This document shows, one piece after another, positions 7,073 through 16,610 of a DNA stretch of 32,000 nt; the first letter of the stretch is position 1; every line of letters begins with the position of its first letter. Source of the DNA: Thermoproteus tenax Kra 1 (GTDB taxonomy: Archaea; Thermoproteota; Thermoprotei; Thermoproteales; Thermoproteaceae); contig NC_016070.1 of the NCBI RefSeq assembly GCF_000253055.1, positions 1,680,001 through 1,712,000 on the forward strand, given 5' to 3'. The notes beneath the pieces were generated by a model that made no database searches, was not told the origin of the DNA, and saw only the letters and a program-made list of their open reading frames with translations. Both the position numbers and the translations under genes were made by a program.

Positions 7073-8770
7073 TTATTTCTTCAATAATATTAATATTATA
7101 ACTAAAGTAAAAATAACTAATACTATAGATGTAATATAATTAATGTAGTGTGGAAGAACGGCCGCGACAGGAGGTGGAGGAGGCGTCAGCATGGAGACGT
7201 TCTGTGGAGGCGAGGCTATCACGTAGGACTTCTGAGCAGAGCACAATATATCGCCTATGGCGGCTGCGTACATGGACGCTTCTTGATACATATAGAGTGC
7301 TGTTACGATGTCCGAGTCCTCGTAATAGTCGCCGAACTGGATATAGCTGAGGGGTAGTATGTTGGGGGATCCACACGCGGCGGCCCTATATATGTTCTGA
7401 AGCGCCACTTGGCGAACTACCGGGGCTAGATCGGAGGCGCCGGGCGCATCGAGGGCGTTTTCGGCGAGTGCGATGGTATCAAGCGAAGCGGCGAGCGAGG
7501 CCAAATAATGGCCCTTGGAGTACAGCACCTGCGCCAGCGAGAAGTCCTGTTGCAGTTGATTTGATAGATCCATGGGCAGTTGAGAGCCGTAAGTAGTTGT
7601 TACATAGGAGTACATCACATAGGCGTATTCAAGGTAGGTTTCAGCCATATCTTGCACCGAGCTCTCGTTTATCACGCGGCCGTACGCCAGCCTCTGTGCG
7701 GCGTTGATCCACTGGGGCAGAGTTATAGCTCTTGTGTACATTAGAGCTATATCGGGGCTCGAGGAATTAGCCTCTTGATAAATTTGATATATTCTCTCAT
7801 AAATACCTATAATTATACCAAGATTATTCGATGTAATTGTTATATTTTTAATATAATTGTCATATTTATGAGCTAGATCGAGAGCCTCTCTGTAGAGCGC
7901 CGAGGAGCTCACAACGCCGCTGTTCAACTGGGAGGAGTAGTATTTGTATAAGCCCTGGAATATCAGAGAAGCTGCCGTGTAGTATTGGCCCTCACTGGCG
8001 AGACCGGATATCATGGACATATTAACATAGTTATTCGATGAGGATCCAGTTATATTTCTATATAATGATAAAATTTGTTCATAGAGATACTTACTTGTTT
8101 CATTAAAAATTTGTGTATTAAGGCTTGAGGAATTATATATATATGTTACATTGTATCCAGTCAAGTAATAGATGGCCTGTTGGAGAGTGGCCACAGGGAT
8201 AACTTTCACGCCGGTCACGCCGCGCGCCTCAGACTGTTCGCCCAGAGGCACTAGGACGTACTTTATTCCGTTCTGAGCCGCCGCTTGAACTTTATCTGAG
8301 ACGCCGCCAACCCAACCTATTGTCCCATCGGGCAGTATTATGCCGGTCATCGCAGTGTCGTTCTTCAACGGTATGCCCTTCATCAGAGCAAATAGCGCCG
8401 CCGCTATGTACCCGCTTGCCGAGGGGCCCCCGACGCTCGCCTCGACGCCTCTAACTCTGATCAATGCGGTGTAGTTGGCCGAAGGAGACCCGGCCAGCCT
8501 AGACGCCACATATAGGGCTACCTGCGCCGAGGGGCCAAACCCCTCGCCTGCCTCGGGCACGCCCGCTACGTAGACCCGCCCGTTTCCAGGCGATAGAAGC
8601 GTCACCTCTATGGGCACCACCGCGCCGCCACCACTCGAACTGACGGCTAGGGCGTTTATCGTGGTAGTCCCTACGACGACCATATGGGTCCCCGGCTTGA
8701 GAGACGAGAGCACGAGCGCCGGCGCGAGCGACGCTAAGATGACCACTAGGACGAGGTATAATTTGGACAT
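7073..8770 (-). CDS. Secreted/membrane-anchored Lon-like S16-family serine protease
   Basis: Listed ORF 7073..8806, likely start MSKLYLVLV at 8770 with TATA-like CTTTTTTATTC about 25 nt upstream. Signal peptide, Lon proteolytic-type domain (VGGPSASGYIAAALFALM, GIILPDGTIGWVGGVSDKVQAAAQNGIKYVLVP), long helical region, C-terminal TM. Confidence 0.8.
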   Translation of the reverse strand: MSKLYLVLVVILASLAPALVLSSLKPGTHMVVVGTTTINALAVSSSGGGAVVPIEVTLLSPGNGRVYVAGVPEAGEGFGPSAQVALYVASRLAGSPSANYTALIRVRGVEASVGGPSASGYIAAALFALMKGIPLKNDTAMTGIILPDGTIGWVGGVSDKVQAAAQNGIKYVLVPLGEQSEARGVTGVKVIPVATLQQAIYYLTGYNVTYIYNSSSLNTQIFNETSKYLYEQILSLYRNITGSSSNNYVNMSMISGLASEGQYYTAASLIFQGLYKYYSSQLNSGVVSSSALYREALDLAHKYDNYIKNITITSNNLGIIIGIYERIYQIYQEANSSSPDIALMYTRAITLPQWINAAQRLAYGRVINESSVQDMAETYLEYAYVMYSYVTTTYGSQLPMDLSNQLQQDFSLAQVLYSKGHYLASLAASLDTIALAENALDAPGASDLAPVVRQVALQNIYRAAACGSPNILPLSYIQFGDYYEDSDIVTALYMYQEASMYAAAIGDILCSAQKSYVIASPPQNVSMLTPPPPPVAAVLPHYINYITSIVLVIFTLVIILILLKK

Positions 8771-8901
8771 GCCGTTGTCCCGATGACAAGAATAAAAAAG
8801 TTTCATGGCCTCGGCTGAGCAACGCTTCAGCGTAGGTCCAGGCGCTCACACATCGCCTAAGCCTGGATCATCACTTATTATGAGGAATTTCCGAGCGTTT
8901 T

Positions 8902-9642
8902 ATGATTGAGCTCGCCCGAGCCTTAGCTAGGAGTAGCTACGCAGTGGCGTTTACCGGAGCCGGCGTCTCGGCCGACTCCGGCATACCGACCTTCAGAGGG
9001 CCGGGCGGGCTCTGGTCGCGCTATAGGCCGGAGGAGCTCGCCACTCCGGAGGCATTCCTTCGGGATCCCCTCTTAGTCTGGGAATGGTATAAGTGGAGAC
9101 AAGAGCTGATCTATAGAGCTGCCCCAAATCCTGCTCACATAGCGTTGGCCAAGCTGGAGAAGATGGGAATCATCAAGTCCATAATAACTCAGAACGTCGA
9201 CGGCCTACACGAGAGGGCCGGCTCTCAGACGGTCGTGGAGCTGCACGGGAACATATGGAGGCTGAGGTGCATTAGATGCGGAGCCACCATGACGACGGAG
9301 AGGCCTGTAGACGTGATACCGCCGAGGTGTCCCAGATGTGGAGGACTCATGAGGCCGGACGTGGTATGGTTCGGCGAACGTCTGCCTGCCGGCGAGTGGG
9401 AAAAAGCTGTGGACCATGCGTCCAGGGCCGATATAATGTTGGTAGTCGGCACATCGGGCGCCGTATTTCCCGCCGCATATCTGCCGCGCCTAGCTAAAGA
9501 CAGGGGAGCCAAGATAGCGGTGATAGATCCCGGCGATACCGCTTTCGACGATATAGCTGATTTTAGAGTAAGGGAGCGCGCGGGAGAGGCTCTGCCCAAA
9601 CTGGTCGAATATGTCGAGGCCATCCTACGTGGTAGTCTTTGA
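8902..9642 (+). CDS. Sir2-family NAD-dependent protein deacylase
   Basis: 246 aa. GAGVSADSGIPTFRGPGGLW, ITQNVDGLHERAG, VELHGN, CxxC...CxxC zinc site, VVWFGERLP, GTSGAVFPAAYLP. Confidence 0.95.
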   Translation: MIELARALARSSYAVAFTGAGVSADSGIPTFRGPGGLWSRYRPEELATPEAFLRDPLLVWEWYKWRQELIYRAAPNPAHIALAKLEKMGIIKSIITQNVDGLHERAGSQTVVELHGNIWRLRCIRCGATMTTERPVDVIPPRCPRCGGLMRPDVVWFGERLPAGEWEKAVDHASRADIMLVVGTSGAVFPAAYLPRLAKDRGAKIAVIDPGDTAFDDIADFRVRERAGEALPKLVEYVEAILRGSL

Positions 9643-9994
9643 GTGCCCCGACGCGAGCGTCGACACGGGGGCCAAGCGCTTTGTCCTCAGACGGGGCCTC
9701 TACGCCTACGTGGGATCTTGTGGGGCCTCCTGTGTGAAGAGGATTACGAGACACCTCAGACGCCCCCTCAAGAGACACTGGCACGTGGATTTCCTTCCGT
9801 GCGCCCCGCTTCTCGCTGTAGTGTTTCGCCTTGACGAGAAGGAGCTGGCCCAACGCCTTTCTGCGAGGCTGGAGTATGTGCCGCGCTTTGGCTCCAGCGA
9901 CGACCCCCGCGCTCTCTCGCATCTGTTTAGGGTCCAGTCGCTACGCGAGCTTCTTGATGTGATAAGTACCCCCTCTGTTCACTATTCTCGCTAG
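9611..9994 (+). CDS. DUF123 / GIY-YIG-like small nuclease-family protein
   Basis: 127 aa. LRRGLYAYVGSCG...RITRHLRRPLKRHWHVDFL, typical of DUF123 proteins. Confidence 0.78.
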   Translation: MSRPSYVVVFECPDASVDTGAKRFVLRRGLYAYVGSCGASCVKRITRHLRRPLKRHWHVDFLPCAPLLAVVFRLDEKELAQRLSARLEYVPRFGSSDDPRALSHLFRVQSLRELLDVISTPSVHYSR

Positions 9995-10675
9995 GCCCGC
10001 CTCAGCGAAGTATTTGGCGAACGCCACGCCCTCTTCGGCGAGCCTCAAGACATCGCCCTGACCGCGGGCGCATAATGCCATAGAGTAGGGGGTATCCTCG
10101 TCTAGACACTCAGCATAGGCCTTGGTTAATTTGTTTAATCTACGCTCCAGTTGTGATGCGTATTGAGCGGCCGTGGTCTCGGGCTCATGCGATGGATAGA
10201 CTGCGACATCGCCTAGAGCCCGGAGGAGGGCCATGACGCGTCTCAGAGCGTTCACGCTGACGATCCATCCGCCTATATCTCCCACGAATATCCCGGTCTC
10301 AAACCTATAGCATGTGTGTCCCCAAGTGTGGGATCCGCAGGGGACCACTTGGGCCGAGGCCTCCTCAAGGTCTAGCCATCCAGCGGCGATGCTGTAGAAC
10401 CGGCCTGGCACAGGCCTTGGCGCGGGCTCTACGGTGGGTGCGCCGGCCCTCTTGACCACTGCCTTGATGTATTCCGTGAATCGGACACTGTTGGTCAACA
10501 TGCCCACCTCGAAGGGGTTGGCTATCACTGCGCGCGGCCTTGACAAGAACAAGCCCGCTGTATGAGTGTAGTGGTGATGGGTCAAAACGACGTATTTGAC
10601 GTCAAGAGGTTCGGAGAGGTCCACCGCAACAGAGCCCAACAACCACGAAGCGCCTACTCTCTGAGGCCTCTCCAC
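9941..10675 (-). CDS. MBL-fold metallo-hydrolase-like protein
   Basis: 244 aa. VKYVVLTHHHYTHTAGLFLS, VPCGSHTWGHTCYRFETGIFVGDIGG and YPSHEPE indicate a beta-lactamase-like fold with a variant motif. Confidence 0.7.
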   Translation of the reverse strand: MERPQRVGASWLLGSVAVDLSEPLDVKYVVLTHHHYTHTAGLFLSRPRAVIANPFEVGMLTNSVRFTEYIKAVVKRAGAPTVEPAPRPVPGRFYSIAAGWLDLEEASAQVVPCGSHTWGHTCYRFETGIFVGDIGGWIVSVNALRRVMALLRALGDVAVYPSHEPETTAAQYASQLERRLNKLTKAYAECLDEDTPYSMALCARGQGDVLRLAEEGVAFAKYFAEAGLARIVNRGGTYHIKKLA

Positions 10676-10705
10676 TTATTTATTTTCATTCCAAAAATAT
10701 TATCC

Positions 10706-11110
10706 ATGGCTGAGTGGTCGTCGCGGTTTATAAGAGACGCAAATAGGCTCTTCGGGCTTCCAGAGGGAGAGTTGAAAGATTTTATGGAAGTGATGGCCAA
10801 GGGCGATGCAGAGAGACTGGAGGAGTGGACGCGGCGGAACAACGTTGAGGAGGGCGACTTCTTGGTTCTGTCAGCTATGTACATCTTATACAAGACCGAG
10901 GAGAGAGTTTCGGGCATACTGGAGGGGCTTGAGCTTAAGGCGGACGAGGCCATAGCGCTCGCCGGGAGCCTAATGGCTCAGTTAGTGAACGGCATGGAGG
11001 CAGAGAATAGAGGCGCCATCATGGCACAGATACTTTTGACTGCGGCATTACAGATAGATGATAAAGAAATTAGAGAGAAAATAGCTGAAATTGCAAGAAA
11101 TTTTATTTAA
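10706..11110 (+). CDS. Hypothetical small helical protein
   Basis: Listed ORF 10562..11110; start more likely ATG 10706 (MAEWSSRFIRDANRLFG...), preceded by an AT-rich promoter-like segment. Confidence 0.6.
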   Translation: MAEWSSRFIRDANRLFGLPEGELKDFMEVMAKGDAERLEEWTRRNNVEEGDFLVLSAMYILYKTEERVSGILEGLELKADEAIALAGSLMAQLVNGMEAENRGAIMAQILLTAALQIDDKEIREKIAEIARNFI

Positions 11111-11160
11111 TATAGACTCTATAAAAATAAAGGAACACAATACTTATAAATTATATAATA

Positions 11161-13014
11161 ATGTGTCATATGGATAAACTAATAGCGATATCTATACTGA
11201 TACTGATAAGCGCTGTGGCGGTCTCCGCACAACCCCTATATATAACTTGTGCGGCATACGGGCTCTATCCAAGCAGTTTCACACATGTGATAATCTGGCT
11301 GCAGCTAAACAACGTGACTACGCCGAATGGGCTTTACTATCTGTTACAACAACAGTATTACAACCCGCAAAGCCCCTATTTCCACAAGTTTATAACACCG
11401 CAACAGTTTTCTGAATGGTATAGTCCGCCACAATATGTCTTTACATATATAGAAAACGTTCTTCAGAGCAATGGGCTGAGTATCTTGGGCACGTACCCAA
11501 TGGCGATTGTGGCATCGGGAAATGCATCAGCCGTAGACGGAGCTCTGTCTGCGCTGTCCTCAGCGCCGCAACAAATTTCTCAGTGGATAATCGCGGGCGA
11601 GTGCGTGCCCATTGGCTACTTCTCAAAGGGCCTGAGGTACAAGCCGGAGTATATCTATGTGCCTATGGACTCCGCGGTCAGAGCGGCCCTCAACGCTAAG
11701 AATTTCACATATCTAGGAGGAGTGCCGGCCCAACTGAAGATAAGAAATTTCGAGGTATGGCTACCTAGGGGCTTGCAGTATATCTACGACGAGATGCCGC
11801 TATTGTCGCAAGGAATAAACGGAGGTGGCGTCAAGATAGGCATTGTTGATGCATTCGGCGATGTCAACTTCACTTTGGCCGAGCAAGGCGTCTATCAAAA
11901 CACGGCGAGCAACGACCTCGATCTGTTTGACAAAGTATTCGGACTTCCGCCGGCCAACTTGACCGTAATATACCCCGTGGGAGTACCCACTGTAACCCCA
12001 TTTAATTACGGCGACGCGTTGGGCTGGTCCTACGAGACCGCGTTGGACTTGGAGTATGCGCACACTATGGCGCCGGGAGCCAGTCTCGTCTTGGCAGTAT
12101 CTCCGGACGCAGGCGATGACCTCTTCATAGCAGTTGAGTATTTAATAAACAACAGCATGGTTGACTTTATAAGCCTCAGTTGGGGCTTGCCAGAGGACGT
12201 TGTCTTGGCGCCTCCGCCGACGCCCCAGTTGCTCAGGGCGTATGACGAGGTATTCATGCAGGCGGCCGCCGAAGGGATAGGGGTGTTCGCCGCATCGGGG
12301 GACTGGGGCGCGTTCGACATCTTCTGGCAATATTTTGGGCTACCCATAGAGCCCAGCGTCATTTACCCGGCGAGCGACCCCTGGGTCACAGCGGTAGGAG
12401 GAACTTCTCTACAAGCCTATATGGCCAACGGCAACATAGTGAGGGTAGAGAGCGCGTGGAACTGGAACGCGTACTATATGTGGGGTAGCGGCGGCGGCTA
12501 CTCCTTTTTCTTCAACGAGACGCCCGGCCAACTTATAGCGCGCATAGCCTACGAGCGCCCTGTAATCTACGAGCCGACCCTCAGTGAATTATACGGCTAC
12601 AAGTACTTCTTCTATACTGTGGGCCATAGAGGCGTCCCCGACGTGGCCGCCGACGCTGATCCCTTCACAGGGGTTCTGATAGCAATTAATGGAAGCCTCA
12701 GCGGCTTGTGGGGAGGCACAAGCCTCGCCACGCCGCTGACTGCGGGGATGACCGCGACCGTACAGAGCGGTCTCTCGACTAGAATAGGCTATCTGGCCCC
12801 CACCTTGTATCTGATGTACAGCAAATACGGCAAAGGTGTATACCAATGGAACACGAGCATAAGCGCTTGGTCTCTCTTCCAAGGCTTAGGCGGTGCCCTC
12901 TTTCCTACATTTGGCGGCGAAAACGGCCTCTACAACGTCATAGTGGGCTCTTGGAACCCTGTGGACGGATTAGGACAATTGAATGTATATGGGCTGTACA
13001 GCGCACTGAGATAG
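11161..13014 (+). CDS. Secreted peptidase S53 (sedolisin/kumamolisin-like)
   Basis: 617 aa. Signal peptide and S53 propeptide-like region. MVDFISLSWGLPEDV, GVFAASGDWG, VTAVGGTSL and serine motif SGLWGGTSLATPLTAGM. Confidence 0.88.
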   Translation: MCHMDKLIAISILILISAVAVSAQPLYITCAAYGLYPSSFTHVIIWLQLNNVTTPNGLYYLLQQQYYNPQSPYFHKFITPQQFSEWYSPPQYVFTYIENVLQSNGLSILGTYPMAIVASGNASAVDGALSALSSAPQQISQWIIAGECVPIGYFSKGLRYKPEYIYVPMDSAVRAALNAKNFTYLGGVPAQLKIRNFEVWLPRGLQYIYDEMPLLSQGINGGGVKIGIVDAFGDVNFTLAEQGVYQNTASNDLDLFDKVFGLPPANLTVIYPVGVPTVTPFNYGDALGWSYETALDLEYAHTMAPGASLVLAVSPDAGDDLFIAVEYLINNSMVDFISLSWGLPEDVVLAPPPTPQLLRAYDEVFMQAAAEGIGVFAASGDWGAFDIFWQYFGLPIEPSVIYPASDPWVTAVGGTSLQAYMANGNIVRVESAWNWNAYYMWGSGGGYSFFFNETPGQLIARIAYERPVIYEPTLSELYGYKYFFYTVGHRGVPDVAADADPFTGVLIAINGSLSGLWGGTSLATPLTAGMTATVQSGLSTRIGYLAPTLYLMYSKYGKGVYQWNTSISAWSLFQGLGGALFPTFGGENGLYNVIVGSWNPVDGLGQLNVYGLYSALR

Positions 13015-13043
13015 TTAAACTTTTTTAGGACTCCATACTTTTT

Positions 13044-13292
13044 GTGAAGGTGGTATTTTTGCTCTCTTTTTTAAAGAGCTCTGAGGGAACGCTTGAGTAT
13101 ATATGTGGTCTCCCTGAGGTGCAGGAAGTGTATGAATTGCACACGGGACACGTGATGATCAAGGCGCGCGTAGACAGTATAGCGGATCTTAGGAGGTTGC
13201 TGGCCTCTATGCGCAAGAGCGGTGGAGTTCTCAGAGTTGATTATATGATCGTGAGGCCTCGTAGGCTCTCTTCAGCAGATACCTTCTGTTAA
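13044..13292 (+). CDS. Small RAM/Lrp-AsnC-ligand-binding-like protein
   Basis: 82 aa, GTG start. EVQEVYELHTGHVMIKARVDSIADLRRLLASM resembles stand-alone Lrp/AsnC effector domains. Confidence 0.55.
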   Translation: MKVVFLLSFLKSSEGTLEYICGLPEVQEVYELHTGHVMIKARVDSIADLRRLLASMRKSGGVLRVDYMIVRPRRLSSADTFC

Positions 13293-13932
13293 GGTACACG
13301 ATCCCGACCACGGCCGGCGTCAGAGACAGCTTGGCTGCCAGAAGGCCCAGCACCGTCTGCCAGAACACATTGGGCGGCAAGGCGCCCCAGAAAGCTACGG
13401 GCATGAACACCATAGTGTCCACGGCCATGGCCGCAGGGTCCGAGTAGAGGACTCTCTTCCACACAGCGCCGCCCACTCTGGAGATTACATAGGCATCTAG
13501 AGTCTCGGCGGCTAGATACGCTATGGGGGAGGCCGCCGCAATTCTCGCAGTCGTGGAGAACACCGTCTCATATTGAGCATTGGAGCCCACAGCAGAGGGC
13601 AACAACAAGACGACCTGGTTTACCGCGGTGATCAAGAACTGCGAGAGGAAGCCCGCTAAGACGACGTTGCGGGCGAAGCGGAAGCCCTCTCTGAGCGTTA
13701 TTATATCCAGCATGGCGACAGTGGCTACATAGGTCATAGTCCCCGCCGGGACCACGAAGCCCAGATAATACGTCAGTTTGGACGCGGCATACTGTGAGAT
13801 AGTCAGCAGGACCATGTAGAATGCCATCGCCAGAGTCGTCGGATCGATCTTGAGGACGTCTAACAAAAGCCTATAGAACAACGCAGTCAGCCCGAACACA
13901 GCCACCGCCCAGAGAACTAGCTCCGCCAACAC
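13231..13932 (-). CDS. VUT-family (YhhQ-like) transporter, putative queuosine/archaeosine precursor transporter
   Basis: 233 aa, multi-TM. ASKLTYYLGFVVPAGTMTYVATVAMLDIITLREGF, IAYLAAETLDAYV and DTMVFMPVAFWG match the VUT/YhhQ pattern. Confidence 0.65.
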   Translation of the reverse strand: MLAELVLWAVAVFGLTALFYRLLLDVLKIDPTTLAMAFYMVLLTISQYAASKLTYYLGFVVPAGTMTYVATVAMLDIITLREGFRFARNVVLAGFLSQFLITAVNQVVLLLPSAVGSNAQYETVFSTTARIAAASPIAYLAAETLDAYVISRVGGAVWKRVLYSDPAAMAVDTMVFMPVAFWGALPPNVFWQTVLGLLAAKLSLTPAVVGIVYLNRRYLLKRAYEASRSYNQL

Positions 13933-13991
13933 GGCAGGCTTATTCGGACAGGATAAAAATTTTCCGCACTCCGCCGGGCCCGTCGTTGTAG

Positions 13992-14798
13992 TTAAAGGAG
14001 CTCCACCTCCGCCATTTCGACTAGACCTGCCCTCTTGGCTCTGGCCAGGAGCTCTCTCAAGGCCTCCTCGCCGCGTCTCCCCATATCTCTTGTGTACTCG
14101 TTGACATACATCCTCACAAACTTGGCCACGTCATCTAGGGGGAGCCCTCTCGAGAATTTGGCCGCATAACTCATGGCCTCATCGGGGTGGGCCTCTGCAT
14201 ATTTTATAGACAGAGATAACAGCTCCTCCAACTCTCTGGCAGTCTCAGGGCCCAGATCCTTCCTCACTACGTCCACGCCCAGAGGAGTGGGCAACCCGGT
14301 CTCTCTGTGCCACCACTCGCCCAGATCAACTAATTTCCTGAGGCCGAACCTATCGTAAGTTATCTGGCCCTCATGGATCACGACGCCCGCATCAACAACG
14401 CCGGAGATCACAACGTCGAATATCCTATCAAACGGCACCTCGACGGTCTTGACGTCCGGCATAGCGAGCCTCAGAAGGAGCGTCGCGGTCGTGTATCTGC
14501 CGGGCACCGCCACTAGCTTGGGCCGTTCCCCGCCACGAGCCACGACGATGGGACCGTAGCCGTCTCCCATGGAGGCTCCGACGCGCAGGACGTAATAACG
14601 GTCTGTGAAACCCAGGGCCCCCGCGCTCAACGCCGTGAAGTCTAGGCGCGCTCCGGCCACCGCGAGCTTGTTTAGCGTCTCAATATCTGCGAGTAGCTCT
14701 CTGAACACAAAACGGCTCTTTACGGCGCCCGAGGTTATACCGTAGAACATAAATGCGTCGTCGGCGTCCGGCGAGTGGGCCACGACTATCTCTTGCAT
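13992..14798 (-). CDS. mqnD: 1,4-dihydroxy-6-naphthoate synthase (futalosine menaquinone pathway)
   Basis: Listed ORF 13992..14888, likely start MQEIVVAHSPDADDAFMFYG at 14798. LPTPLGVDVV, hallmark HSPDADDAFMFYG. Confidence 0.87.
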   Translation of the reverse strand: MQEIVVAHSPDADDAFMFYGITSGAVKSRFVFRELLADIETLNKLAVAGARLDFTALSAGALGFTDRYYVLRVGASMGDGYGPIVVARGGERPKLVAVPGRYTTATLLLRLAMPDVKTVEVPFDRIFDVVISGVVDAGVVIHEGQITYDRFGLRKLVDLGEWWHRETGLPTPLGVDVVRKDLGPETARELEELLSLSIKYAEAHPDEAMSYAAKFSRGLPLDDVAKFVRMYVNEYTRDMGRRGEEALRELLARAKRAGLVEMAEVELL

Positions 14799-14820
14799 AA
14801 CTCCGTGGGCGTGCGCCTTA

Positions 14821-15543
14821 TTAACTTTTCCAGAAGCGGAGCGGGGGAAGACCCAGTATCTCGGCCTCCCTTTTGATGGCTTCCACAATAGAGTCGTTGA
14901 CGAGGTAGCGAGAGCGGGAGAAGTACTCCTCTATAAGCTCAAGTCTCACTGAAAGCCTCTTGGCAACCGCCTCTACGAGGGGCCTCGGGTTCTCGTAGAA
15001 CGCGGCGACTGAGTTCTCCATCTCTCTAATGGCCTCTTCAAGGCCGCGGGCCCCGGGTCTGGCCACCAAAACGGCGAAGACCAACGGTAGGCCAGTCCTC
15101 TCCCACCAGAGCTCGCCGACATCCACTATATGAGGGATACCTGAGTCGGCCATCTTCAACGCCTCATCGCCGACGACAAGCACGCCGGCCCGCTCGCGTA
15201 GAGCGGCCCATGGGTCGGGGCATCTATCGAACCTCAAGCCCATCAACATTGAGAGAGCTCTGGCCGCCACAGTGGTATCGTTCACAGCGCAAGGGGGCCC
15301 GGCCCCGCTTCCCTTGAAGAGCCGCACCGATATTATCGGTCCCACGCTGTATATAGCCAGGCGCGGGACTATAGGCAATTGCATCTCTGCGGCCATAGTT
15401 ATGGGCACGAAGCCTATGTCTGCAACGCCTCCCTCTATGAGCTTAGCGGCCTCCAAGTTGCCCGCCTCGATGACGTCGAGCTTGGCTCTCCAGAACAGAG
15501 GATCGCTGTGCGCATACTTGATTCTCACAACTTTCACAGCCAT
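14821..15543 (-). CDS. mqnA: Chorismate dehydratase (futalosine pathway)
   Basis: Listed ORF 14821..15741, likely start MAVKVVRIKYAHSDPLFW at 15543. ADIGFVPITMAAE, VAVNDTT-like and DIGELWW-like segments; genomic context. Confidence 0.82.
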   Translation of the reverse strand: MAVKVVRIKYAHSDPLFWRAKLDVIEAGNLEAAKLIEGGVADIGFVPITMAAEMQLPIVPRLAIYSVGPIISVRLFKGSGAGPPCAVNDTTVAARALSMLMGLRFDRCPDPWAALRERAGVLVVGDEALKMADSGIPHIVDVGELWWERTGLPLVFAVLVARPGARGLEEAIREMENSVAAFYENPRPLVEAVAKRLSVRLELIEEYFSRSRYLVNDSIVEAIKREAEILGLPPLRFWKS

Positions 15544-16610
15544 GTTAAGACGCGGTGGAAGGTATCCCTCAGAGCGGGCCTCCGCCCGGCCTCCCTTGCT
15601 ATTTCGGCCAGCTCGTCTACTGTGGCCCGCCCGGCCATCCCAGCTGATCTGAGCACTGCCTCGTTGTACATTGTCCCCACTAGGTCGTTGGCCCCCGCCT
15701 TGAGCAGAACTGAGGCCGTCCTCTTGCCTGTCGATGTCCAATAGGCGGCCACTTTCACTCTGTCCAAGAGGATTAGCCGGGCCACCGCCACTATCTTCAC
15801 GTCGTATGAGGCAGGGGCCGGCCCCCTCACTATGCCCCTTGCGTAGAGTTCGGTGTTATACGGAGAGAACTTAATCGGTATAAAGGTCAATACGCCTCTA
15901 GTTCTCTCTTGGAGCTCCTTGACCTTGAATATATGATCGACTATGTGCTCCGGCCTCTCGACGTGTCCGTAGAGCATAGTGGCGTTGCTGGGTATGCCCA
16001 ACTTGTGTGCCTCTTCGGCTATCCTCAACCAAGTCTCTCCGTCCAACTTGTAGGGAGCAATAATCTTCCTGACCTCGTCTGCAAAGATCTCCGCGCCACC
16101 CCCCGAGATTGCATCGAGCCCTGCGGCCCGGAGGCGCTCGAGAACCTCCCTCCATGTCATGCGCCAGAGCCTGGAGTAGTAGTCTATTTCGGCCATGGTG
16201 GGCCCCTTTATCGTCACGCTGGGGGCCGCTGCCTTCACAGCCTTGAAGACAGATTCGAAGTACTCCACGGAGAGCTCCGGGTTGAATCCGCCGTTTATGT
16301 GGAGCTCCGTAACGCCGAGCTCCCTCTGCGCCGCGGCGACTATCTTGGCGACCTCCTCTGGAGTTCTTGTGTAGGCCTCGCGGTGTCCTGGGAGTCTGTA
16401 GAATGCACATATGGGGCATTTCGCCACACAGACGTTGCTGTAGTTCACTACGATATTGTTGACAAATGTCACGACATCGCCGTAAGTCCTCAGAGTCACC
16501 TCTTCGGCGGCCTTGGCCAAAGCCATGAAGTCGCCCTCCCTCAAGAGGGAGACGGCCTCGTCCTTGCTCAGGCCGCGGAGGGCCGCATCGACTATCTCGC
16601 GCGGATCCAT
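15534..16610 (-). CDS. mqnE: Radical SAM aminofutalosine synthase
   Basis: Listed ORF 15534..16748, likely start MDPREIVDAAL at 16610. CVAKCPICAFYR (CxxxCxxC), GGGAEIFADEVRKIIAPYKLDGETWLRIAEEAHKLGIPSNATMLYGHVE; more MqnE-like than MqnC-like. Confidence 0.83.
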   Translation of the reverse strand: MDPREIVDAALRGLSKDEAVSLLREGDFMALAKAAEEVTLRTYGDVVTFVNNIVVNYSNVCVAKCPICAFYRLPGHREAYTRTPEEVAKIVAAAQRELGVTELHINGGFNPELSVEYFESVFKAVKAAAPSVTIKGPTMAEIDYYSRLWRMTWREVLERLRAAGLDAISGGGAEIFADEVRKIIAPYKLDGETWLRIAEEAHKLGIPSNATMLYGHVERPEHIVDHIFKVKELQERTRGVLTFIPIKFSPYNTELYARGIVRGPAPASYDVKIVAVARLILLDRVKVAAYWTSTGKRTASVLLKAGANDLVGTMYNEAVLRSAGMAGRATVDELAEIAREAGRRPALRDTFHRVLTWL

